Notes: a model not told the origin generated them from the letters alone. Counted from the stretch's first letter, positions 38,569 through 53,116 are shown. The stretch: DNA of 64,000 nucleotides from Basidiobolus meristosporus CBS 931.73 (GCA_002104905.1 MCFE01000013.1:62001-126000); one strand, 5' to 3'. Made by a program: numbers and translations.

Positions 38569-40858
38569 TCAGGCCTGCTTGCCGGCTTCAAGGTGAGCTG
38601 CCACCTTCAGCAAGGTTTTCTCATCGCCATACTGTGACAGTAGTTGGACGCCAATAGGATGCCCGTCCACATCAGATATGCCAAAGGGAACAGTGATTGC
38701 GGGGATGCCTTGAATTTCACAGAATAGGTTAGAGTGAAACCAATATGAACCATGGTAGAAGATCAAGAGATTTACCTGCTAGAGAGGGAGGGATAGTCAT
38801 GACATCGTTGACATAAGCGTCCACTGGGTTTTTCGTTGCCTGATAATCCTTGACCAAGGGTGCGGTAGAGATGGCTGCGGGGGTGATCAGCACATGAACG
38901 TCAGCGTTAGTGTGCTTTTTGGTTGAGGCTGAGGTTGGGGAAAGGCGGTTAGGTAGTGCAAAAACTTGGTTGAAATCCTCTTGAATTAGACGGCGGATCT
39001 TCTGTGCTTGAAGGAAATATTGGTCATAGGCGCTGAGTTGTCAAAAGTGGGTTATAAGCTGATGTTCTATGCTCATATACTCCATACCCAGCTTACTTGG
39101 CAGTGAGCACATAGGTTCCTAACAGAATTCTACGTTGCACTTCTGGTCCAAACCCTTCATCTCTGGTTTTGGAGTAGAGTTCGCCAGCTTTAGGCACATT
39201 TTCACAATCTCTGTGGCCTATGAGAACCACAATTAAGCACCGAATTCACAGTCAAGAGTAACATCCTATACATACCGTAGCGCACACCATCATAACGTGC
39301 CAAGTTGGAGGAGGCCTCGGCTGGGGCTAGGATGTAGTAGGCAGAGAGTGCGTAAGGGGTATATGGACACGAAACTGGAACAATAGTGGCGCCCTCGCTA
39401 CGAAGGAACTCGATAGATCTTTTCCAGGTATCCAGTGAGGGCTGCGTGAGCTCCTCCACATAATATTCCTGCAGGTAGGTTTTGATTATTAGCATCTACC
39501 TGGCGCATCTCGCTCCACTTTTCCTACCTCTGGAACGCCAACTCTAAGGCCCTCAAGTCCAGGTGAATTAAACAAGTCAAGCTTGGCCCGATCCTCATCA
39601 ATTTGTGTCCGGATTTCTGTAGGGATAGCAGTGGGATCTCTGGCATCATACCTGGAGATGACATCTATGAGGAGAGCTGTTGAATAAAGGTTTCCTACTT
39701 CGAGTAGCATATCCGCGTAGTTAATATACCGTATACTTTCTCGACACTGTCAACACTTTTGGCTAGTATCCCGACGGTATCAAGTGAGTTGGCATAGGAG
39801 ATTAGGCCGTAACGTGAGCAGCGACCATATGATGGCTTGAAACCAACGACCCCGCAATAGGATGCAGGGAGTCGAACAGAACCACCGGTATCCGAGCCAA
39901 GGGCCCTATATCAAATCATGGACTTGTTAGCGATTACATACACCTTCACTGGGGATTAACTTACGCAAAACACATATCAGCAGCAACAGCGGCTGCACTC
40001 CCACCAGAGCTTCCACCCGCTACCCTCAGCAGGTCCTCATCCAGGTCTACCAATGATGAGTTTCCTCCCAACTTCAGAGTGGCAGGATTGTAGGTTATGC
40101 CATGGGCGCTAAACGTGTTAGCCGAGCTAAAACCATACCGCAGAATGTAAATGCACACGAACCGAGCCTATCCCCAATTAAACTACATTACCCCATCCCA
40201 AACTCGTCCATATTGGTTTTGCCGATAATGATGCCGCCAGAATCTTTGATATACTGCACTACACTTGCGTCGTATGGGGAGGTGAAGTCTAAGTATTACA
40301 TGGTGGTTGTATTAGAAGCTACGGCGATATTACGAGTGGTCGACGCATTTCTATATCCATATATACCCTTCAACATGTTGGAGCCACAAGTCGTGGGGAA
40401 ATCCTTAGTACAAAAATTTGCTTTTACAGCGATGGGAAGTCCTTCGAGAGGTGACTCGGCAGACACTTCGGCTGTGATATTGTTAATTCAGTAAGTTCAA
40501 AGCAGAGTGGAGAGTGTATTTAACTCTCACCTTTTTTCTGACTTTCTATATGCAGCAAGGTTGCTCTGTCGGTGACAGAACTGAAAGCGTTGATTTTTGA
40601 GTTGTATGTTTCTATGTTATTCAAGCATGTCCCCAACTGGATTTTTGGCTGTGAGGAAGCGACCTATTTGACGTTCAAACGGTTGAGCCAAAAGATTCTT
40701 TTTCAAAGTGAAACAAACCACCCGGAATAGCATTGAATGTGACTTACAAAGGTACTCTGCTTACGTAGAGCGGCAGTGAAAAGTGGCTTAAGTACTCCGG
40801 AGCTACATGTCTCTCTCAAGAGCAATCTTTTCGTAACTGAAAGTAAACCGGACTTCAT
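38569..40858 (-). CDS. QRSL1: Mitochondrial glutamyl-tRNA(Gln) amidotransferase subunit A (amidase signature), multi-exon
   Basis: Presequence-like exon 1 ([16 protein letters not shown]), then [39 protein letters not shown] and [18 protein letters not shown]. Confidence 0.93.
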
Positions 40859-41627
40859 GTTCCTGTCCACTATGCCACACTTGAATGACTACTTGTCTTT
40901 TTGGAAGTAGTAACTAAAATCAAAAAGTTTTGGTCCCTCGAAAAAGGGTAAATTCACAGCATGACTATACGAGGGTGATGATCGTGGCTATCTTCAATTT
41001 GGATTAAATGCCCACATCGTGATTAGAATGAGCATTGTTTAACGAAAAATGAAATTCATTGTAGCATGCTGATCGAACAAGGGCAATAGCAAGAGTACCA
41101 CCGGATTTAAAGAGTCACAAAAAACTGACTACCGGGCAAACAGTAGACAGCTTCTGTCAAGCTCGCCTTAAATCCCAAAACCCGCTTATGACTAATGCAC
41201 CATCACATCATTTCATTCATGGTGCCTCTCGCCTGCATATGGAAATATCGAGATACCTGTGCATCGAGATATCTTATTTGAGTGACCTAGATCCATTTGG
41301 CTGTTGGTTGGGTTCGAATTCGAAATGGATGAGAACGTTTGCTTTGGCCACGCTTCGCTTCACGTTGGTGGAATTCACCTGACCCTAGCTTACTCTAACC
41401 AGGGTAATCTTCCTCAAGATTACTGGCTTCGTGGAACATTAGCGAGCGTTTCACACGTATCTGAATCTGGCTGAAAACAATTTTATGGGGAAACCCAAGA
41501 GCACTGATGGCTGTCGGCCAAGATCAGAAGTATCTACAAGCCATCTCATCAACTTATATATAGCCAACATCACTAGTATCCACCGCCAATCTATTCACTC
41601 TTTTACTCTCTGCAACCTGGAAAAATC

Positions 41628-42664
41628 ATGACTGGCCTTCCGGACTTTATGACAAACCCCAACGCGGTCCTCAACGACACTGACCACGAGGTAGGATCAT
41701 TCATGAACACTGCTTGTTGTCTGCTGAACGACTAATGATTTGATACCAGTGGCGTTACAAGAGAGTTCCCGACTATACCAAAGTCAATGAAGCCTTTGAA
41801 GCTGGTAAGGAAGTAATCTTTTTGCGGTAGTTGCAAACATACGAACACCTTGCCATAGAAAAAACCACCAACCACGCTGAAGGCTCTCTTGAATGGCTGG
41901 TTTCTAACCTTGTAAAGGTAAGAACATTTTGTGAATGAAAACAGGGGGTTGCTAAGCCATTGTTTCAATATAGAACTGGGAAAAGGAAATGTCTTATAAG
42001 CTTCGCGCTGATCAAATTAGAACCATTGATCCCGAGAAGTATCGTTTTTCGGTCAACGGGTTAAAATGGCAGAGTATTGATGAGATGCTACAAGTTGGTA
42101 AAATCCATGTCTTTCGAGCGGCTTCACTTTATTCATGGATTTTTCCAGATCGGTACCTACAACGCACTCATCGGTGACACCGAACTGTACAAAGCCAGCG
42201 AGATGGATTTCAGCGAATCTCACAAGCTGTTCAAACGTGCTCTTCGCACATTTTCCTGGGAAGTTCTTGAGGTTTACAGTGGCCCACCAGTGGTTGCCTT
42301 CAAGTGGCGGTAGGTTTGATCATCTAATTGGAGCTATTGGTTTCGATGTTGATTTATCTTCATTAGTCACTGGGGTTTGATGACTGGCAACCTCTCGGTA
42401 AATGTGGGTGATGGAAAGAAACTTGAAGCACCTGCTTCGAATGAAGTTGTAGAATCTATCGGTATCACTGTTGCTAGAGTCAATGAGAAGTTCCAAATTG
42501 AGCAGGTAATGATGATAATATGTATCCATTTGAAGACCACGTATTAACCTTCGGAGCAATAGCTGGAGACCTTCTACGATGCCAACATCTTGATGAAACA
42601 ACTAGCAAAAAATAGAGACGTAAATGAAACCGCACCCTCCAAATGCCCATTTGCCCCTCAATGA
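41628..42664 (+). CDS. 'Pathogen-related protein' (SnoaL/NTF2-like) family protein of unknown function, multi-exon
   Basis: MTGLPDFMTNPNAVLND, PDYTKVN, GSLEWLVSNLVK|NWEKEMSYK, GTYNALIG, FSWEVLEVYSGPPVVAFKWR|HWG and LETFYD. Ends SKCPFAPQ*. Confidence 0.85.
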
Positions 42665-42831
42665 ATATTGAATAAATCACAAAACGTTAATGTATTCTGG
42701 AATCTCTGATTGGAATTTATTTTCTGAATCCTATTCAGATCGAACGATAAGACTATAATATATATTCAGGAAAAAGGACAATACTATTTACAGCGAACAT
42801 TAGGATGATTCTAACCTCAAATTGATGCAAA

Positions 42832-44133
42832 CTAATAAGATACATTCTTGCACATCCAATCCTGAACAATCACACTAATCTTCATGAACTTCTTTGAGCT
42901 GTACTTCTTGAAGATTGCTTGATATTTGGTGGGCTTGGATAGGATTTCAATCAAAATCTCTACTACTGGAGTAACCTCTTCCTGTGTGTAACCGGAATAA
43001 TGGATAAGATTGGCGTTCCACTCGCCCCTGTTCAGCATGTGGCGGGCGAGGAACAGACTGCCAGCGGCAATCTGGGAGGGTGGGAATGGAAGGAAACGGT
43101 GGTCAATCAGAGACACCTCCATAAGGTACTTGGCAATGGTTCTGGTCTGGACGTCGTAATCGTCAGCCTTGGAGATACGGCGCAAGAAATTCAATGGATT
43201 GGGATAGCTCATGTTCCATTCGAGCACTTGCAAGATGTATCTTTCAGCCTTCTTCACTTCCTCCTCGGTGTATCCGCCATCAGCCATGTAGATGAAGTTC
43301 TCAATCGATGGGCACATAATCTCCTCGACTTTGGCGGCGATCAGCATGGAGGTGATTCCGACCAACTGCAGCTTGACAAGGGAGACCACACGTTGAGATA
43401 GGAAACGATCGATGATATTGATAGCAAAGAAGAGAGTTTCGGGAAGGAGATGGAACTTGTCATGGACTTCAACCAGCCAATCAACCAAAATGGAGCGCAT
43501 TTTCCAGGCTAATCCCTTTTGGTTTTCCATGTAGTTGGGGTTGGGCTGATACTGGGGTTCCAGCTCTCTCAAGTACTCGAAGATCTCGACCACGTACTCG
43601 GCAACCATAAGCGGATCAAACTCATCCTCGGCATCCAAATCATCCCAATCCTGAGCAGGAGCGACCTCTTCCTCCATAAGTTCGGATTCGGGCTCATCGA
43701 TGGCCATTGGAGAGCATTCAAGGAACTCCTCAACTACCATTTTGTGGTCGCCTGCAACCTTTTTGGGGGGATGTTCCAGAGCAGGAACCGAAACCTCGAC
43801 AGTCTGAGAAGCACGCTTCTTGGGAATCAAGGTCGTGGAGGGTTTGGTTTCAATTTGCTTACGTACTACAAGCGTAGACTTCTTTTTCAAGCCAGCATTC
43901 TGCTGCACGGGGGCCAAGACATTGCTAACGTCACCAAGGGCCGATCTTTTCTTCACCGCAGCCCCCTTGGCAGCCAGCTTGGTTTTGAGCCCGGCAACGG
44001 GGTTGGCGGTGGTGTTTTTCGCTGCTTGCAGTTTGGAAGCATTTTTGGATAAAAGTGGTTTGCCTACTCCGACGCTATTCTCGTCGGTGGTAGTCCTTCT
44101 AAGGTTCATGGATGCACGGGTCTGAGCGAACAT
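42832..44133 (-). CDS. G2/M B-type cyclin, intronless
   Basis: Destruction box RSALGDVSN, cyclin box MRSILVDWLVEVH...KLQLVGITSMLIAAKVEE, and PNPLNFLRRISKAD. Confidence 0.96.
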   Translation of the reverse strand: MFAQTRASMNLRRTTTDENSVGVGKPLLSKNASKLQAAKNTTANPVAGLKTKLAAKGAAVKKRSALGDVSNVLAPVQQNAGLKKKSTLVVRKQIETKPSTTLIPKKRASQTVEVSVPALEHPPKKVAGDHKMVVEEFLECSPMAIDEPESELMEEEVAPAQDWDDLDAEDEFDPLMVAEYVVEIFEYLRELEPQYQPNPNYMENQKGLAWKMRSILVDWLVEVHDKFHLLPETLFFAINIIDRFLSQRVVSLVKLQLVGITSMLIAAKVEEIMCPSIENFIYMADGGYTEEEVKKAERYILQVLEWNMSYPNPLNFLRRISKADDYDVQTRTIAKYLMEVSLIDHRFLPFPPSQIAAGSLFLARHMLNRGEWNANLIHYSGYTQEEVTPVVEILIEILSKPTKYQAIFKKYSSKKFMKISVIVQDWMCKNVSY

Positions 44134-45230
44134 AACTAGGCTGTATAAAGGTTAGTACTGATGGAGAAGTGGATGGACCTGGAGGGAGCGGGTCACAATT
44201 ATATTCTATGAATAACGATGTTGTAGTGGAATTGATGATAAATGGTCAGCACAATGAGAGAAGCCCATTCCTCAGAGATATTTTATACGGATGACAGGAG
44301 TGTAGGGGTTCAATGGATTGGTGAGATTGATTGGCTGTACCCTCGGCTTCTGGGTTGTTTTGCTTTAGTATCACATCTGCGAAATCCTGGCTGGTTTTCG
44401 AGATGAGAGTCTATTGTTTTGGCCTTGCCATCCAATTTCCAATTCAAGGGGTATCCCACCCTTGGAATCAAATTCGAGTTGGTTGTGTTTGTTTACCATT
44501 CGGCGCTCCACCAATGGCCGCGCACCATATCAAATTAATCATTATTCCAGTCTTATCCGTTGCCCACAAAATAGCTTCATCGAGTGATAATTGATGCTAT
44601 AAATGTCCTGCTGAGGGAGTTAACCATTTTTAATATATAAACTTTACAAGGAGATTCGTTTATGCATCAACACCATCGAAAAGCTCTTATTAAGATTATC
44701 AACTGACTATTTAAGAATCATCAAGTTGACTAGTAAATATCCCTACCTGGCGATGTTTGGCGTGGCTCGCTGGCCATTTGGCCCAAAACACCCCAAAACA
44801 ACTGCCCATCGAACGGTGCCGTTGACCGCTTAGCAAAACATTCGAGTGGCTGCAGTGATGTCAAGGGGCCGTAACCTATCATGATTGTTTCATGTACCAC
44901 TTCACCAAGAGGTGTGCATCATACGTATCATATGATTGCTCGCGGAAGGTGGTACAGCACTCTCGATCCTCGCTATTTCATCTGAATTTTTCTCCGCCTC
45001 AGCATACGCTATGGCTAGTGATCAATCGGATTTCGTGTGGACTATTTTATTGGATTTATACAATTGGGAAGGAGTAAGAGCCGTGTACATTTCGTGCTCA
45101 CAAATCAACTATGGCTCCTGGTTTGGTAGGTTGGATTTTCTAAAGGTATTATAGTAGTAGAGTGTGAAATGTTCGGGTGCTCCTCGTGGCGCGAGTTTCT
45201 CGACTCTTCTTTAAAATCTACATACATGAT

Positions 45231-46622
<1,392 letters not shown>

Positions 46623-47083
46623 TCAGGAATTAAGTAGGAAGTAACCAACAACAGAAAGGAATTCACCGAATTTCCTGGATAATTTTGTGGATTATGAATT
46701 GTATCAATTTGCATCCGCTTCGCTTTTCTTTTTTTCCTTTTTTTCTTGGGCCATCCGCGGCAGTGACTTCGCACGGGATCGATCTTGGTTGACGTCATTT
46801 GGCCCTGAATTTTCTGGGAATTTTTTTTCTCGCCCATTGGTGTCCGAGGGAATGTGGGTGATTTTGGGATGGGGAATATTCGAGCTGATTGAGGTTCATG
46901 CATAGGCGGCGGATCCGGATCATTTTGTTGGTTTAGGTGGAAAATTAACCGTCGATGGGATAGTTTGTATATCTCCAGTCTTCCAAATCTCTGTTAACAA
47001 GCGAGGTCTGCTGGGTGTTCACTCTAACCTGATCAACCTTCGTAAATACTAGACACACACAAGACCTTTGTTCAATTCACATC

Positions 47084-47691
47084 ATGCCAAAGTTGATCAC
47101 CTCAAGAACCAAGAAGCCACCCCAAGATTGGGACAAGATCGAGTCAGTCCTCGAAGAATTTGCACAGAAAATGAGAGATGGTAAGTGCGACCTCCCGATA
47201 CGAACGATACGACAGTAACGGGTCTTTCAAAGTCTATCAAAGATCGATACGGGCGCTAATACCTTTCTTGTCTAGCTGAAAACGAGCCTCACGAAGGAAA
47301 GCGTAAATCTGAATCCTTATGGGCCATTTTCCGCTTACATCACCAGCGCTCAAGGTTTATTTACGACCAATATAAGGCGAAGAAAATCTCCCGTGAGTTG
47401 TACGACTATTGCCTAAAACGCGGCTTCGCCGACGGCAATCTGATCGCCAAGTGGAAAAAGGTATTTCTTTTCGTCGCTTCACCTTTGTCCCCGTTCTTCG
47501 CTAATCCAGCATGTTCCCTTTGTGCGCTTTAGCCTGGATATGAGAAACTTTGCTGTCTGCGTTGTGTCCAACCTAGGGACACGAATTTCGGTACCACGTG
47601 TATCTGTCGCGTTCCGAAGGAGAAACTCGAAGAAGGCCGTGTTGTAGAATGTATACACTGTGGATGTCGTGGTTGCGCCAGTGGTGATTAA
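47084..47691 (+). CDS. BUD31: Splicing factor Bud31 (G10), 3 exons
   Basis: [20 protein letters not shown]...HHQRSRFIY...LIAKWKK|[11 protein letters not shown]...CICRVP...[13 protein letters not shown]. Confidence 0.96.
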
Positions 47692-48000
47692 TAGAATTCA
47701 GGGATTTCGTTTGGGTTTCACGTGTATCAGCATCGATTCTTTTTGGACCGGAGACATTTACATCGCTCGACGTTCGTTTATTGTTAACTCATATGACATA
47801 CGACATCAATACAGAAATAAACAACTGACGTTCCGGGAGGTTTTTTAAAACTATAATGGAAATCAATGGGAAAGGAAGGAAGAAGGGAAGGAAAATGCTA
47901 ATATGATATTGCAAAGTCAAGATGCAATGGTTATGAAAGTTTTGTATATAAATAGGTTAATGAAAGACATGTATCAATCAGCGAGCTACCTGTTTAGAAT

Positions 48001-49050
48001 TTAGCGTCTTTCTCTAGGCTTAATAACATACTTGTTGGGCTTGGTTCTAGTCTTTCCACCCTTGGCAGGCTTACCCCAAGGTGACACTGGATGACGGTTA
48101 CCCTTGGATTTACCACGACCACCACCGTGTGGATGATCACAAGGGTTCATGGCCATACCACGAACTCTGGGTCTCCAGCCTCTCCAACGTCTAGCACCAG
48201 CTTTTCCAAGAATTTGATGTTGGTGGTTGGGGTTGGAGACTACACCAATGGTGGCGATACAATCAACATGAATGCGACGCACCTCACCAGAAGACAAACG
48301 AACCTGGGCATAACCAGTTTGACCGGTGGCCATCAATTGACCGTAAGTACCAGCGGCACGGCACATGATTCCAGGTCCGCCAGGAATAAGACCAATGCAG
48401 TGAATCAATGAACCAACTGGGATCATTTTCAAAGGCATGCAGTTTCCACGCTCAATGGAGACGGTCTGGGTAATGTCAGCATGCTGAGCTTTGTTGACAG
48501 TAGGGGGTTTACGATAGGATTGGATGATATCTCCTGGCTGGATCTTGTCGGGTGCAACGATGTAAGAAAGCTCCTCATTTTTGAGGTTCTTGAGCAATGC
48601 GATGTGGGCGGTACGTCCGGGGTCGTATTCGAGGCGTACTACTTCGTGGGCGCCAGGCTTGGTACGTAGCCAGTCGAGAATACGAATACGACGCTTGTGA
48701 CCACCACCACGGTGACGAACGGTGATACGTCCAGTGTTGTTTCTACCTCCCTTCTTACGCTTGGCGACGGTAAGCTTGCGGATGGGTCGGCCCTTCCAAA
48801 GATGATCTCTCAAGACCATACGCTTAAAACGTAAGCCTGGGGTGATGGGCTTCCAGGTTTTGAATTGCCCGTCTTTGCGAACAACAGCGAAGCCTCTTTG
48901 TTGAATGGCGGCAAGGGGGTTCTGCACTCCGTGTTGCAGGCTAGGTGCGACCGCAGGAAGAATGCGGGGGGTGAGCACCCTGCTAAGTAATGGAGCTCTG
49001 AGGGTGGGCTTTAGGGCCATGAGGGCCATATTGCTGGAAAAAATCGACAT
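48001..49050 (-). CDS. RML2: Mitochondrial large ribosomal subunit protein uL2m, intronless
   Basis: Presequence followed by GGRNNTGRITVRHRGGGHKRR, EYDPGRTAHIALL and RPRVRGMAMNPCDHPHGGG. Confidence 0.96.
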   Translation of the reverse strand: MSIFSSNMALMALKPTLRAPLLSRVLTPRILPAVAPSLQHGVQNPLAAIQQRGFAVVRKDGQFKTWKPITPGLRFKRMVLRDHLWKGRPIRKLTVAKRKKGGRNNTGRITVRHRGGGHKRRIRILDWLRTKPGAHEVVRLEYDPGRTAHIALLKNLKNEELSYIVAPDKIQPGDIIQSYRKPPTVNKAQHADITQTVSIERGNCMPLKMIPVGSLIHCIGLIPGGPGIMCRAAGTYGQLMATGQTGYAQVRLSSGEVRRIHVDCIATIGVVSNPNHQHQILGKAGARRWRGWRPRVRGMAMNPCDHPHGGGRGKSKGNRHPVSPWGKPAKGGKTRTKPNKYVIKPRERR

Positions 49051-49570
49051 TGTCTACGGAGAGGTTCGGGAATTGGGACTCTAACCACGTTCTTGTCTGC
49101 GTACTAGTCTATATCAGAAAAATGAGGGACCCTTTACCTTGGTGAGGAAGTACTCGGGCTCTACTAAATGGGCAAACGAAGTATGTAGGAATGGGTGAAC
49201 TCCAAGCAACTTGTCGTCTGTAGAACACAATGAAGGTGAATCAAAAATTTTCGATGCGAGGCATTAGTTCACACCAAAATTTCTCTGGCTTGGGAAATCC
49301 AGAAAATTTCATTGGGTAATTCTAGGGAATTGAGATTTCCGATGATTTACCCCACCAAAAAATGGGTTGGTGCCATATCTAGCTGGAGCAGCGCGTGGAT
49401 CAATGCGAGATGTAACATCGTGTTCTTTATTAAAGTTCGCACTTCTAAGTAGAACCAGATCATCTCTGGAGGGTAAGGAATAGGGAGCGAGCATACACTC
49501 GCTGTTCATAAACGTCAAGAAAGGGGTGTATATAGTGAAAATGAAGTACAGCCATCCGTCATGCGAAGGA

Positions 49571-50780
49571 TTAGGTAAGTGTGGGTTCTTCGTTGATGGA
49601 TTTCTTGATGCGGAGTAGCATGGTAGTTTTCCAGTTGTCAAGTTTGGTGAGCTGATCGAATTCATACACATGATTCGTAAATGCCTCAACATCACCTGAG
49701 TCAACCGCCTCCATGATGCTCTGTTCACCTTGGTCAATACATGTGTTGCCTGATGATATGAATTATGATTTTCGACCAACCTGAAGGAACTTGTACTCTC
49801 TGGTGGTGGAGAATGATACATCCATGTCTTGATACCTCTCAAGTGCACGTTGAGCTCCAACCATATCCTAGTGTGGATTCCAAGGTAAATGATTGGTCTT
49901 GCGCCAACAGAGTAGAATAATCTCTTACGCTGGTAGCAATGTGGCACAGTCCTGCTTTGAGGAAGTACTCCTTAAGAGACCACTTGGTAAGATTGTTGTC
50001 CATACTAGCATTTGCAACCTGCTCAAATTTCTCGATAGCTTTGTCATATTGTTCCAGCTGAGCAGCAAAAGCGGCGACTTTGAGATAACAGTTGTTGGCC
50101 ATTCTAGTTGCACGTCGGTTAAATACTACCCCTGAGTTCAAGTTCTGTAAGAAATACTAACGCAGTAGCCTCTTCTCCACTGTACCAATCTGCAGCAAGC
50201 TCATAGCTGTTCATCGCCCTTTCGATGTCGATCAAGTCGGATTCATAAATCTGGGCGATGTCCTTTTGGTGGCCAGCGGCGGCATGGAAACGGCCACGCT
50301 CTGTCAGGATCTCAATGGCCAATTTAAGAGATGATATGGCATCTGGAAAAGTCACGTTTAGTTGACAACCCCACTCTAAAAGCAAGTAAACAAAACCACT
50401 GGTGTTGAGGGAGAATACCTTCTGGGTTGCTCTTTTTGTAGCACTTGGAGGCATTGATGTAAGTGGAGGAGGCTTCATCTCGCTCCTGGGCACGGATCTG
50501 CATATCAGCAGCTTTCATGAATGCATCCCCGGCCTCTTTCCCTTTATGTGGATAGAGAGTAAAGGTAAATAATAGGTAACAAAGTGACGCAGCACTTTGC
50601 GCAAGTGCTGTGGAACAAAGTATGGAAAGTAACCGTACATTTCTTGGCGAGTTTGAGACTGTTGGCGGCACTCATGTAAAGCTCTGCGGCCTCATCGTAT
50701 TTTTTACCACCAAACCAGCCGTTGTAGTTGGCTTTCTTTTCGGCCTTTGCCAGTAAATCTTGGACCTCACGGTCGCCCAT
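49571..50780 (-). CDS. SEC17: Alpha-soluble NSF attachment protein, multi-exon
   Basis: Motifs [53 protein letters not shown] and [16 protein letters not shown]. Confidence 0.96.
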
Positions 50781-52750
50781 GTCTATGTTGTGCGTTGTAT
50801 CAAGCTTCGGGTAGGATTTAAGAGGGGCAGCTTTGACTCCAGTTGGTTATAGTTGACTAAACTGGAGGGGTTTCTTTAGTAGTGAGAGCGGTCTTGGCAA
50901 TGAGAATGGGAAGTTGTGGTTAAGTAAATTGAATATTTAGTGATGATAAGATAGGGCTGAAACCAAGATTTTCATATTAACCGCGTGGTTATATTCAGTT
51001 ATTCAGGCCAATACCCTTTCGGCCTGATCCTCAGGGAAGGTCGAGCCGAATCGAAAACCGAAGTGTGACCATGGATGACATCAACACTCGGTGAAAGGTC
51101 GAGTTCCATGGTGACTAATCAGATGATCGTATTGGCGATCATTCTGTGCATAATTCTTATTATTGGTCTGACAGCATGAAAGGTTCGACGATAAATCCCC
51201 TCCATTATTCATCGTTCTACACTCACTGCAAGGCTAAAGGCTAGGCTATAAACATGCCCGTTGACCAGGGGCAGATGCTACATTGAATAAATGAATCCTT
51301 ATTAGTGTGTAATTTCAACGAAAACTGTAATCATCTAAGATTCTCACCTGTCATCATTAGAACATAATACCATGTTGTCCTGATCATATTAAGTATATTC
51401 AAACCCAATTGAATGGTGTTATGAGGATCCTTTTTATTTCCAAGGAATGCATTAGCTAAAAATCATTCTCTATTATTCTAATACTTTTCCGATTCCATAG
51501 CCAGGTTGACTATATACTAATTGGGTACAACATTAGAGATGTGTAGCATCAGTGGTATTTTATTATGCTTTTAGGTGCAACAATCGCCATCCATTTGAAA
51601 TTTTCTAAGGGGTATGGTGGAGTATTAGAATGCATGCTAGAGATGTAAACAGGGTGTTCAAAGTAAGTGGAGGTGATTCTGAGAATCTTGGAGTATGCCA
51701 TTAACTTTTTGGTTGATTGGGTTAATATAGAATGTGTACAAAATGAAGAGAGTGGGCAAAAGTGTGGATTCTTGCTGGGTTAACACTAAATTAATCAAGT
51801 ATAAAGATATGATACATCAATAACCATACATAATACTCATCCTTTGCAACAGTTATGATCCAGCTACACTCTAAGAATTATATGTATCACAGAGAAATTC
51901 CAGATGGAAGCCATCAAAATACCAAATGAATATGAGCAGAAATTCAACTTGGATTATACTTAAACTTTTCAAAAATAAAGATTATAGAACACTCCTGTGT
52001 CTTTTTGAGCAATCATGAGAAGTACAAAATTTAGGACTATTTTTTGTTGTAAGAGTCTTGGAGATATTGGAAGTGATTTGGAGAACAAGTAGATTATGTG
52101 GTTTTCACTTAATGATTTATTGAATGAAAAAGTAGTATTTATACTTTTACATGGTCTTGGCATTACAAACACGTAGAATAGGTTAAGGAAGGTCCCAAGA
52201 ACATGTGTGCAAAGTTTGGGGCTGTTTGGACAACTTTGAGAATTTTCATGTTCTGGGTACCTGGTATTTTGGTGAAAATATTCTAAGTAAATCCCGACAA
52301 GGAATTTGGTCAGTATTCTCTAGGATTTGAAGGTGATGATCTAAGTGACTAAGTTAGGTGAATATTTAGGTGGAAAATACGAATTTTTACAACATTTTTT
52401 GGGTGGAGTACCATCTCAAGACCGTATTGAAAGGGTATGAATTCTGTTAAAAATCCAATATTGAAATTTCTGATGGGGATTGCCTTAACTGTACATAAAC
52501 TGATTGATATTCTAGTTCAAACACTAAGAAAAGGAACAAATCCAAAACCTATGATTCAGATTCAGAAAAGGTACATGATCAGAAGGTCAGCGGAGTTCGA
52601 ATCGGAAACCAGATAGTAGATTCAAAGGCTTGCCTCTGTTTGCATGACTCAAGAGGTTTACTCCCAAGTAAAATAGCTATAAGCGCTCAAGATAAAAATT
52701 CTGATAACTAGGGTATCCTATCAAATTTTATTGAGGTGTACTCGTTATAA

Positions 52751-52994
52751 GCAAAAGAATCGCCATCTGAGGTTCACCTACAAGGCATTGAAAGGAGACG
52801 GCGAAAGCATTGGGTATTGCCGCTGGTGGAAAGATCAAGTGTCATTACAACGAGATGAGGTTGTCAGAGATCGCCCAAGCGTTTGAGGAACTGGATAATG
52901 TAATGGTTGCTGGCCGTATTGTTCTGAATTTATGTCTGGCGTATTTCTCATGGAGAGGGGCAATAAAACATACCAAATCAACTTCTGAATCATA
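52751..52994 (+). pseudogene. Remnant of the 3' end and 3' UTR of an ADH gene, paralogous to about 54007-54250
   Basis: AAAAGAATC(G/A)CCATC...AAGCATTGGGTATTGC...AGAGATCGCCCAAGCGTTTGAGGAACT...GCAATAAAACATACCAAATCAA is shared with the end of ADH-a. No upstream ADH sequence is present. Confidence 0.9.
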
Positions 52995-53109
52995 CTTGGA
53001 GTTGTTATTCTGTTCATGTACAAGCCACTCATTCCAAAGCAATAAACCGTCAAATAATCGCACAGGTTTCGCATGAACAAATGCATGAAAATCGTAACAC
53101 TCAAAATAG

Positions 53110-53116
53110 TATAAAA
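53110..53116 (+). promoter_or_regulatory. TATA box of ADH-a
   Basis: TATAAAA about 35 bp upstream of the ATG at 53149. Confidence 0.55.

Noticed and set aside
44890-45150. Imperfect hairpin (TGTACCAC..GTGGTACA), C/D-like words and short ORFs between cyclin B and RVB1
   Set aside because: No terminal stem or canonical box C, and no consistent splice model for a protein.
49309-49947. 212-aa minus-strand ORF
   Set aside because: It overlaps SEC17 introns, exons and 3' UTR out of frame and has no domain.
51008-51040. ATACCC...CCTGATC...AGGGAAG resembles part of a TPP riboswitch, tempting near ThDP-dependent PDC genes
   Set aside because: It lacks the upstream UGAGA element and the P5 stem-loop, is not in an intron, and is about 5 kb from the nearest PDC.
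52590-52604. GGAGTTCGAATCGG B-box-like sequence (also GGTTCGAATTC near 41313)
   Set aside because: No A box, cloverleaf or acceptor stem can be built, so it is not called a tRNA or SINE.
51200-52740. AT-rich 1.5 kb gap considered as a degraded transposon
   Set aside because: No terminal repeats, target-site duplication or transposase/RT similarity is visible by eye; a repeat-library search would be needed.
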